From the IMG/VR virus record IMGVR_UViG_3300034071_001657: a stretch of 64,000 bases of DNA. One strand, written 5' to 3'. The stretch comes from a virus. The notes under the pieces were generated by a model. It saw only the letters and a list, made by a program, of their open reading frames with translations. It was not told the origin of the DNA and made no database searches. The position numbers and the translations under genes are program-made. Shown piece after piece: positions 55,959 through 64,000 of the stretch; positions within the stretch are counted from its first letter, which is position 1, and the number at the start of each line of letters is the position of its first letter.

Positions 55959-58900
55959 TTACTTGTACTGAACATCAAACCAGCAGTCTGCTGAGCCGAT
56001 TGTTTTTGTTGCCGCTGTAGTAGAATTGCCGATAACAATTCCTGTAGTAAAATGTCTTCCATATCTTCCAAGGTCCAGTGAGAAGTTTGATTGTGCAGGT
56101 ACAGTAAATACCATGACTGGAACGCCGCCATCTGACGGTAAACTTGCTGCATTGTAAACATGAATAAATTGGGCTGAGGCTCTAGCACTATATCCTGTTA
56201 TCATATACAGTGTACCGGCACTGGCTTTAACTACCAACGAGCTTGCGAGTGCCGTACTAGTTGCGTTGGTTGGAGCAAATGCTGATATGTTTTCTGGATA
56301 CGCAGCGGTGGCCATAGCACCATTTAAATTAGTCCAATGTCTGGATACATCACCTGCCGCAACTGCTGTCGGAACAGAGTTGTTTGCAACACCTCCAGTA
56401 AGCACAGGATTGTTTCCTGATACCGCAGCATCATGCGCTTGAATACCACCAATGCCTTGCGAACCGGCGGTGCCGCCAGTGACTGTTGTAGTTCCACCAA
56501 CTTGTGCTAGATTGGTGGCTAAGTTAGTAATTGCAGAAGAACCGTCACTCAGTCTAACAAACACTGGTGTTCCAACTGGTGCATCAACGGTTAAAGAGCC
56601 TCCAGAATCAGCAACATTTAATGCGCCAGTAGTTGTTGTCCAGAGTTGAGATACATCACCAGAAGAAACCGCAGGAGGAGATGAAGTATTTGCTACACCA
56701 CCAATTAGTACGGGTTTATTTCCTGAAGCCGCCGCGTCGTGCGCTTGAACACCTCCAATCGCAAGTGTTCCATTAGTACCGCCAGTAACTGTTGTAGTTC
56801 CACCTACTTGTGCTAAATTGGTGGCTAAGTTAGTAATTGCAGCAGAACCATCGCTTAATCTCACAAATACTGGTGTTCCAACTGGAGCATCAACGGTTAA
56901 AGAGCCTCCAGAATCATCTATAGATAAACTTGAACCACCATCATCAACGGTTAAAGAGCCTCCAGAATCATCTATAGATAAACTTGAACCACCATCAGCA
57001 ACATTTAATGCGCCAGTAGTTGTTGTCCAGAGTTGAGATACGTCACCAGAAGCAACTGCCGGTGGGGCGGAAGAATTCGCTACAGCACCAATTAGGACAG
57101 GTTTGTTTCCTGAAGCTACGGCGTCATGTGCTTGAATACCGCCAATCGCAAGTGTTCCATTAGTACCGCCAGTAACTGTTGTAGTTCCACCTACTTGTGC
57201 TAAGTTGGTGGCTAAGTTAGTAATGGCACTAGTACCGTCACTCAGTCTAACAAATACTGGTGTTCCAACTGGCGCATCAACGGTTAACGATCCAGAATTG
57301 TCTGAAACGGGAACAACATCATTTGTTGCGATAGTAACTCTCTGGGTGCCAGCATCTCTTGTGCCAGTGCCCATTGAAATTGCTGTACCACCTAATTGAC
57401 TTAGATTAGTTACGGTTGATACCGTGGTTACAGCACTTACAGTATTTACGTTACCGATTGAGTTTGTTCCCGCTGGTAATGAGGCTACAATATCAACCTG
57501 AAGTTCGTTTCCTGATACTGCATTATCTAATGTTTCAACCGCGGTTTTAATCGCGGTGATATCAGTCGCAACAGTGCCAGGCAACGAAGCAACATCGACA
57601 TCACCAATGTTATTTGTTCCCGCTGGAAGTGCGGTATCTATGGCTGCACTTGCGTACAGTCTTCCCACATTATTAGTTTTTAGCCAGGTATAATCACCAT
57701 CAGCACTAGTGCTTGCTGCTATTGTGTCTTGTCTAACTGCGGCTATAGGCAATAGAGAATCAGCATCGGCCGATGCGGCGTCTTCTGCTTTGGCTAATGC
57801 TAAACTAACTGGTTGTGTTGCTTGCCAGAAAGTTCCCGTAACTGGCACACTATCATTTGTCGCAATCGTAACTCTTTGGGTTCCAGCATCTCTGGTGCCA
57901 GTACCCATTGAAATTGCTGTACCACCTAATTGACTTAGATTCGTGACGGTAGATACAGTTGTTACGGCACTTACCGTATTAACATTACCTATTGAATTTG
58001 TTCCTGCCGCTAGTGACGGAAGAGAAGCTAGGCTGACAGGCAGTGTTGTAATAGCAGAAGAACCATCACTCAGTCTAACAAATACTGGTGTTCCAACTGG
58101 TGCATCAACGGTTAACGATCCCGAATTATCTGAAATAGGAACCACATCGTCTGTAGCAATGGTAACTCTCTGGGTTCCAGCAGTTCTGACACCAGAACCC
58201 ATTGCAATTGCATTTCCGCCTAATTGACTTAGATTCGTTACAGTTGATACAGTGGTTACTGCACTTATCGTGTTTACGTTACCAATCGAGTTTGTACCTG
58301 CGGGTAGTGAGGCTACAATATCAACCTGAAGTTCGTTTCCTGATACTGCATTGTCTAATGTTTCAACCGCAGTTTTAATAGCGGTTATATCACTAGCAAC
58401 CGTACCAGGCAATGAGGCAACATCAACATCACCAATGTTATTGGTTCCTGCTGGGAGTGCAGTGTCAACAACCGCAGAAGTCCAAAGTCTACCTTGAGAA
58501 GTTACTCTAAGTTGTGTATAATCGTTGTCTGCTGGAGTGAGTGTAGCAAGTGCATCATCTCTGACAGCCAATGCTAAAACACCAACGTCGGTGGCTCCGG
58601 CGGCCCCATCAACTGGTTTTCCTAAATTATTGGCACCAGTTCCTGGAGTTATTGCTCCTCCAATTGAACCAATGTTAACAGCGTCATCGGTTGCAATCGT
58701 AACTCTTTGAGTGCCGGCGGTTCTGACACCAGTGCCCATTGCAATTGCTTGGCCATTTAACTGAGTTAGACTAGTTACCGTTGTAACTCCAGTCACAGTT
58801 GTTACTGTGCCAACGTTCCATGTACCAGATTGTGTTGCGGCTACTGTACCATCAACAGTAAGGCTTCCACCCGCATCATCTATCGATAGACTTGATCCAC

Positions 58901-59144
58901 CATCGGCAACATTAAGTGCACCATTTGCTGTAACCCAAAGTTGAGATACATCACCAGATGAAACTGCTGGAGGAGATGAAGTGTTTGCAACACCACCAAT
59001 CAGTACAGGTTTGTTTCCTGAAGCTGCGGCGTCATGTGCTTGAATACCGCCAATCGCAAGTGTGCCGTTAGTGCCACCACTAACTACTTCAGTACCCGCA
59101 ATCTTTTTCAGATCGGTGGTAGGATTAGATGATCCTTGTGCCAT
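55959..59144 (-). CDS. Repeat-mosaic fibre/virion protein (1061 aa)
   Basis: Several interleaved 25-75-aa repeat types; small C-terminal beta-sandwich. Confidence 0.75.
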   Translation of the reverse strand: MAQGSSNPTTDLKKIAGTEVVSGGTNGTLAIGGIQAHDAAASGNKPVLIGGVANTSSPPAVSSGDVSQLWVTANGALNVADGGSSLSIDDAGGSLTVDGTVAATQSGTWNVGTVTTVTGVTTVTSLTQLNGQAIAMGTGVRTAGTQRVTIATDDAVNIGSIGGAITPGTGANNLGKPVDGAAGATDVGVLALAVRDDALATLTPADNDYTQLRVTSQGRLWTSAVVDTALPAGTNNIGDVDVASLPGTVASDITAIKTAVETLDNAVSGNELQVDIVASLPAGTNSIGNVNTISAVTTVSTVTNLSQLGGNAIAMGSGVRTAGTQRVTIATDDVVPISDNSGSLTVDAPVGTPVFVRLSDGSSAITTLPVSLASLPSLAAGTNSIGNVNTVSAVTTVSTVTNLSQLGGTAISMGTGTRDAGTQRVTIATNDSVPVTGTFWQATQPVSLALAKAEDAASADADSLLPIAAVRQDTIAASTSADGDYTWLKTNNVGRLYASAAIDTALPAGTNNIGDVDVASLPGTVATDITAIKTAVETLDNAVSGNELQVDIVASLPAGTNSIGNVNTVSAVTTVSTVTNLSQLGGTAISMGTGTRDAGTQRVTIATNDVVPVSDNSGSLTVDAPVGTPVFVRLSDGTSAITNLATNLAQVGGTTTVTGGTNGTLAIGGIQAHDAVASGNKPVLIGAVANSSAPPAVASGDVSQLWTTTTGALNVADGGSSLSIDDSGGSLTVDDGGSSLSIDDSGGSLTVDAPVGTPVFVRLSDGSAAITNLATNLAQVGGTTTVTGGTNGTLAIGGVQAHDAAASGNKPVLIGGVANTSSPPAVSSGDVSQLWTTTTGALNVADSGGSLTVDAPVGTPVFVRLSDGSSAITNLATNLAQVGGTTTVTGGTAGSQGIGGIQAHDAAVSGNNPVLTGGVANNSVPTAVAAGDVSRHWTNLNGAMATAAYPENISAFAPTNATSTALASSLVVKASAGTLYMITGYSARASAQFIHVYNAASLPSDGGVPVMVFTVPAQSNFSLDLGRYGRHFTTGIVIGNSTTAATKTIGSADCWFDVQYK
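56888..56997. repeat. Exact in-frame 54-bp tandem duplication (DDGGSSLSIDDSGGSLTV)
   Basis: catcaacggttaaagagcctccagaatcatctatagataaacttgaaccaccat occurs twice. Confidence 0.9.
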
Positions 59145-59473
59145 TATTGTACCTCAACTCCGAAAATGTTTACTGATAGGTTTGCGTTTCCGGCATAAAC
59201 TCTTACAACATCTGCGGCGTCTAACGTAATTCCTATTGTTGCAACAAACGTTGAATGTGCATCAATTGCCTGATCATAGTACAAATACTGAGAATTTCCA
59301 TCGGAGGCACCATCAACCGCAACACTTATTCTAAAAGTTGTCGCAGATGATCCTCTATTACAGACAGTAATGCTACTGATCGAAACAGATTTTCCTGCCC
59401 CAACAGTATAAACATCAGATAATGTTGTTGCTGCTAGGCTTGATTGCCCCAAAACTTTTATCGTTTCTGCCAT
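59144..59473 (-). CDS. Small beta-sandwich fibre-associated protein
   Basis: KVLGQ, VYTV, ITVCN, GITL, FGVE. Confidence 0.7.
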   Translation of the reverse strand: MAETIKVLGQSSLAATTLSDVYTVGAGKSVSISSITVCNRGSSATTFRISVAVDGASDGNSQYLYYDQAIDAHSTFVATIGITLDAADVVRVYAGNANLSVNIFGVEVQ

Positions 59474-59474
59474 A

Positions 59475-60461
59475 TTAGGCCCCCATGAAAGCGAAAGTTC
59501 GTGCCCATAGGGCAGGTTTATTTGTGTGATTGTCTGTATTTAGATAGTATGATCCGTCTTGGCTATCAAGTAAATCACTATTTAAGTTTGCAACTAATGT
59601 GTTACTCGAATACGTGATTCCAGTGCCATCACCAGTAAATGTTCCAGTTGAAATTATATTTGCTGCTTCAAAGTCTGCAAGCTGAAATTGCGCATTTGAT
59701 GTATCTATATTTGCGTTTGCACCAGGTTCTATTGGATAGTTTTGAAACACCTTCCACTTTGAATCTGTGGCATCTCTAAACATACCAGCGTGAAGATTTG
59801 CGCCGTCATAGTAGTGACCAATAAAGCCAAAGTCGAGAACATTACTTGTATTATTTTTTGCCAAAGAAATAATGTTATCTTCAACAATCAAATTATTTGC
59901 AGTTACTGAAGTTACATTACCGCTAAAGACTACGTTTCCAGTTACCGTTAAATCTTGAAAGGTAACATTAGCAGAAGTTCCTAAATCTTGCCCTATAGTA
60001 GCACTATAAGAATTTCCATCTGCGGTGTAAATTACAAAGTTTGAATTTCCAGAAAAATATTTAAAATCAGCAACACCAGCAACATCTGTATTTGATGCGG
60101 AAGTAACTCTTCCATATTGATCAATTGTGATGACTGGAATTTTAGATGCACTACCGTAGGTGTTTGCAGTTACACCAGAAGTTTCTAAATCAAAAGTTAC
60201 TGTGTTAGGTGTAACCGCTGAAGATATTCCACTTCCACCAACAAATGTGAGAGAATCCGTTCCTAATGTAATAACATCATTGCCACTGTCTCCGATAATA
60301 TCTAAATCGGTAACAACTCCAGTGAAAGTGTTTGCAGTAATCGTGTTAACAACAAGAACAGCGGTGCCATCAGTAAGTTTATTTACCTCACCAATAACTT
60401 CATTCGTTGTTACACGAAATTCATTAAAGGTATTTGAAATAGCTACATTTGCAATTGTCAT
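59475..60461 (-). CDS. Fibre/baseplate-anchored structural protein
   Basis: NTFNEFRVTTN anchor-like N-terminus; YGSASKIPVITIDQYGRVT; VEDNII; LNSDLLDSQD; ends FAFMGA. Confidence 0.7.
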   Translation of the reverse strand: MTIANVAISNTFNEFRVTTNEVIGEVNKLTDGTAVLVVNTITANTFTGVVTDLDIIGDSGNDVITLGTDSLTFVGGSGISSAVTPNTVTFDLETSGVTANTYGSASKIPVITIDQYGRVTSASNTDVAGVADFKYFSGNSNFVIYTADGNSYSATIGQDLGTSANVTFQDLTVTGNVVFSGNVTSVTANNLIVEDNIISLAKNNTSNVLDFGFIGHYYDGANLHAGMFRDATDSKWKVFQNYPIEPGANANIDTSNAQFQLADFEAANIISTGTFTGDGTGITYSSNTLVANLNSDLLDSQDGSYYLNTDNHTNKPALWARTFAFMGA

Positions 60462-60467
60462 CTCTGA

Positions 60468-60704
60468 TTACTCTCTTGAGGTTATTTTAAGCAAAAGATT
60501 TTTAATCTCGCATAATTCATTTTTTATGTTATTTATGTCTGCTTTTACTCTGTTTAATTCGGCAGCATTTTCTTTTGTTTTCTCACTACGATGTTTTTGA
60601 ATTTTATATTTTAGTAAAGCACCGGTGTCTGTATTGAGAATAGCTTTAGAATTAATATCTCTCTCGGTAAACCCCGATGCTTTTTCTTTTAGTTCAACTT
60701 TCAT
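60468..60704 (-). CDS. Small coiled-coil protein
   Basis: RDINSKAILNTD...DINNIKNELCEIKNLL. Confidence 0.7.
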   Translation of the reverse strand: MKVELKEKASGFTERDINSKAILNTDTGALLKYKIQKHRSEKTKENAAELNRVKADINNIKNELCEIKNLLLKITSRE

Positions 60705-60705
60705 A

Positions 60706-63700
60706 TTAGGCTAGAGCAATCGCGCGAAGATTTTTAATTCTTGGTGAATATGACGTATTTTCTGATGTAAATACAATCTTTACAGTGAAATATTTATATC
60801 CAACATAAGTTCTTCCATCTGGTGTCGTATAGCCCACAGTATCTGCCAAGATTTTATATGCATCTTGCGAAGATGCGTTAGCACCAAATACCGACTCTAC
60901 AGTCAAGAATGTGTTGTTAACAATGTTGGAAACAACTCTTTCAATTCTGCTTGTTCCGACGGCAATGGTATCACCAATTCTCAATTCTTCAATAAATCGT
61001 GTTGAAGTTCCAATCACATTAGTTGAAACGTCAGAAACTTCAACCGTACCATTGAGAATCTGAGAACCTCCAGTTTTTTCAGTTGTTGAGATTACATATT
61101 TTTCTTCAGCATAAACATTTTGATTATCATTAATAATTGCAGTACCATCAAGTGTCATCTGTTTATAGAATTTATCGTCAAAATTGTCTGTATCATTTTC
61201 ATTTAGAATTTTATAATACACTTTGATATCAGTTCCTGCTGAACGATTTACATCAATATAAACATTTAAATCCGAAGCCTCAAATCCATCATTTAATGAA
61301 ACTCTTCTGGTTATGTATCTAGACTGTGAAGTGTAAGGTCCTGTTGGACTTTCTTCAAATTCTTGAGTTACTGTAGCACCAGAACCAGAGGTTGTCAAAT
61401 TATTTCTAACTGTCAGATATATAGTATTTGTGATTTCGGCAACTTGTCTATACTCTTCTCCAAGAAGAATATATTCTCCAGCATTTAATTCTGTGGTAAA
61501 TGCTGTGCCCGATCCAACAATTACATTTGATCCATTAGTGTAAGTAACAGTTCCAGTTAATGTATTCGACACTGAGTTATTAATTGATTTATTTTCTAGT
61601 GCTACATTTACACGTTCTAAATCAATATAAGGCGTTATATATTTGTTCTGAGTAGAAAGCGTAGCTCTCAGAGTCATCGATTTTGTGGTATTAATATTTG
61701 CAGTTTCATTTGCCGTATTGGCAACATATTTTGGTAAAACTTCTGAAACTTTTTCAAAGTTTTTGACTGGTTTGAAATCTGAAACATTATAACTGCTATC
61801 AGTTAATCTGAATTCATAATTCACATTTGTTCTTGATAATGTTAAGTTTTCAATATTAGGTATGAAAGAGTTATATGTGTAATTTGCCGCAACAGGTCTA
61901 TTTTGAATCAATGCAACACCAGATGATGTTGTTGAAAATTCAGCAAGTCTCATCAAGAATTTAATGTCTTGATTAATTTTTGCAGTCCATGATGTGCTGT
62001 TTGATGCAGTAAACAAAGTACCAGATGCAGGCTGTTTATCAATTCGAATATTGACTTGAGAATTTGTAATGTCAATTTGACCAAGTTCAGCAACCCACAA
62101 TTGAAAGTCATTGTAATTACCATCAGGTCTAACCGTAAAGCAATATTCTGCTTTAGATGGCAGATAAACTGGACTGTCAAAGGTAAATGTTGTTGCTGTC
62201 GCCGAGGTTGCGCTAGTATTGATTCCAGAATTAGAAACGCGAACACTTGCGCCACCAATTACTTTTCTACTTGGAAAACCATTTTGCATTTTTCTTATTT
62301 CAACTCTAACACCAATATTTGAATTGCTTGATTTAGTTTTAAAATAAAGATCAATTGAACTTAAAAAGATGCCTTGTGGGTATGTGTTCTCATCAATATA
62401 GAAACTTTGTGCAACAGGATCAAATCTTCTCAATCCAGTTTGTGCTGGGTTTCTCTGAACTGTTTCAACTAACACTGCATCATCATAAACAATTGATGGT
62501 GGAGTTGTGTTTAAAACATCATCAGTATTGTTTAGTGAAAGACCTTGCGAGTAAATTAGTTTTCTTGAAAGAGTTGTTGCCAATGAATCGGAGTTTGTAG
62601 AACTGTCTGTTAATTTGAATTCTCTCTGTCCGATGTTAAATGTGTTGGCGGGAACTCTAAGAACGCCAACTACTCTATTGTTTTCAACTCTAAGATCGCC
62701 AGCACTGAGAGTAGTATATAACGATGAATTTGCTGCTAAAATTCCATCGTTGTCAAACATAGAATACAAATCTTTTACTTGTGTTGATCCTACAAGTCTA
62801 ATCTGAGTACAATTGGCGGTAACATCAACCCCATCAAAATATGCGTATAGTTTTGTGTTATCTTTTAATCCAATTGATTCAAAAATAAAATCGCGGCTTC
62901 TCATTACATGATTCACGGAAGAATCTGTAACTCTGTCTACTGCGGTATTTTTTTCTGAAGTAGGAATTTCAAGATTTGATCTATCAACAACGGTAGAAGT
63001 TGTGGTAATTGTTGCATCTCTGCTCACTGAACTAATGAGATTCTTGTATTTTTCTGCAACATTAATTCCAATCCAGTGTCTATTAACTGGATCAACTTCA
63101 GTGTTCCATGCATCCGATAATCGTTTCCAGTTGTCGGATTGCCCTGTCGAGTCAGAAACATTTTCTCTGTTCGGATCGCGGATGGTGTTTAGCCAATTGT
63201 CTGTTGCAGGTATTACGTTCATATCACCGACCCAATTGAAGTTTAGGTCTTGTGATAAGTTTACAAATGTAGATGCATATGGCTGTTGAGCGAATGTTGC
63301 TTGAGTGTAACTCAACATCAGTTTTCTTCCATTAGTGACTGTTACACCAGAAGAACCTGTTGAGTTATATCTCAATGAAATTTGAACTTCGTTGTTTGAA
63401 TATGCAGAAGCATACTTCTCAAATCTGTCAATAGACGCTTTGTAGTCTGGAGATAAAACATCAGCAACATTGTGTCCAGTAAATGAGTCTACAAGAATAC
63501 CATTCTTGAATCTATCAAGACCTTCGCTGTCAACAATAATTTTATCTCTGGCCTCTTTCTCTAAAAGATTCAATGCGGTAAAATACTCTAGTCTGTCTAC
63601 GCGCTCTTGAATTCTTCCGATGTCTTTCATCGTGTAGCGTTTGTTTTTGAATAGCGTCAATTCAACATTGGCAGGCTGTGTTGGATATGAAGGCAATTCT

Positions 63701-64000
63701 AACTCGGCCAATTCTAATGCGTCTGGAACTCCAGGCGGTGGACTTGGATTTGGATATCCAGGAGAGCCATCAATTATACCAAGTTCACCTTTGAAATTTA
63801 TAAACAACTTAGCTTTTCTGCCTTTATAATACTGTAAGTCTGAATCGAAATCTGAAGTTGGCGCTGGTATATGCAATCCACCAGTCACGCTTTGATATGT
63901 TTCACTTTCTGTTGGATTTGTGTTCGAAGTAGTGTTCGCAGCAATAATTGGTCTAAAGTCTAAACAATTTTTGAGATCAAAAGTTTCACCAGTTCTTGTG
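60706..64000 (-). CDS. Large DUF4815-type virion structural protein (5' truncated)
   Basis: Frame open to the window edge (DLKNCLDFRP); RYTMKDIG, RFKNGILVDSF, DPVAQSF, YITRRVSL, PRIKNLRAIALA. Confidence 0.88.
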   Translation of the reverse strand, partial: TRTGETFDLKNCLDFRPIIAANTTSNTNPTESETYQSVTGGLHIPAPTSDFDSDLQYYKGRKAKLFINFKGELGIIDGSPGYPNPSPPPGVPDALELAELELPSYPTQPANVELTLFKNKRYTMKDIGRIQERVDRLEYFTALNLLEKEARDKIIVDSEGLDRFKNGILVDSFTGHNVADVLSPDYKASIDRFEKYASAYSNNEVQISLRYNSTGSSGVTVTNGRKLMLSYTQATFAQQPYASTFVNLSQDLNFNWVGDMNVIPATDNWLNTIRDPNRENVSDSTGQSDNWKRLSDAWNTEVDPVNRHWIGINVAEKYKNLISSVSRDATITTTSTVVDRSNLEIPTSEKNTAVDRVTDSSVNHVMRSRDFIFESIGLKDNTKLYAYFDGVDVTANCTQIRLVGSTQVKDLYSMFDNDGILAANSSLYTTLSAGDLRVENNRVVGVLRVPANTFNIGQREFKLTDSSTNSDSLATTLSRKLIYSQGLSLNNTDDVLNTTPPSIVYDDAVLVETVQRNPAQTGLRRFDPVAQSFYIDENTYPQGIFLSSIDLYFKTKSSNSNIGVRVEIRKMQNGFPSRKVIGGASVRVSNSGINTSATSATATTFTFDSPVYLPSKAEYCFTVRPDGNYNDFQLWVAELGQIDITNSQVNIRIDKQPASGTLFTASNSTSWTAKINQDIKFLMRLAEFSTTSSGVALIQNRPVAANYTYNSFIPNIENLTLSRTNVNYEFRLTDSSYNVSDFKPVKNFEKVSEVLPKYVANTANETANINTTKSMTLRATLSTQNKYITPYIDLERVNVALENKSINNSVSNTLTGTVTYTNGSNVIVGSGTAFTTELNAGEYILLGEEYRQVAEITNTIYLTVRNNLTTSGSGATVTQEFEESPTGPYTSQSRYITRRVSLNDGFEASDLNVYIDVNRSAGTDIKVYYKILNENDTDNFDDKFYKQMTLDGTAIINDNQNVYAEEKYVISTTEKTGGSQILNGTVEVSDVSTNVIGTSTRFIEELRIGDTIAVGTSRIERVVSNIVNNTFLTVESVFGANASSQDAYKILADTVGYTTPDGRTYVGYKYFTVKIVFTSENTSYSPRIKNLRAIALA

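Noticed and set aside
51694-60600. Plus-strand ORFs over the RCC1 and fibre genes
   Set aside because: Mirror ORFs produced by Gly/Thr/Ser/Ala-rich repeats
1-64000. tRNA/rRNA genes, introns, inteins, stop-codon reassignment
   Set aside because: Intergenic gaps are short with no cloverleaf seen; core genes (gp17, gp20, gp23, gp46, uvsW) are uninterrupted and of normal length under the standard code

Overview
A 64-kb piece of a large T4-like myophage genome (uncultured aquatic type, probably with a Gram-negative proteobacterial host). Almost every gene is on the minus strand and the standard genetic code reads through. In transcription order (high to low coordinates): a large DUF4815-type virion protein, tail-fibre and repeat-mosaic proteins, three RCC1-repeat paralogues, and an AT-rich glycosylation/methylation/sulfation operon. 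Then come the core morphogenesis block (gp13-14-15-16-17-18, two gp19 paralogues, gp20-67-21-22-23, gp3), uvsY-uvsW, gp55-47-46 and peptide deformylase. These are followed by a modification cluster (GNAT/2OG-Fe(II) oxygenase, PLP enzyme, cupin, three ADP-heptose enzymes, dCMP deaminase, SPPY DNA methyltransferase), an HNH-HTH gene, an early operon (KOW protein, VWA peptidase, CobS-type AAA), and gp45-dsbA-gp44-gp62-regA. The window ends in a translationally coupled array of at least seven LamG/ConA lectin paralogues. Regulatory signals are readable by eye: sigma70 promoters whose -35 boxes contain the upstream stop codon, TATAAATA late promoters (two inside hairpin loops), a LexA-type box and a repeated palindrome. 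I saw no tRNA, rRNA, CRISPR array, integrase or reverse transcriptase. All calls come from motif recognition and synteny, without database searches.
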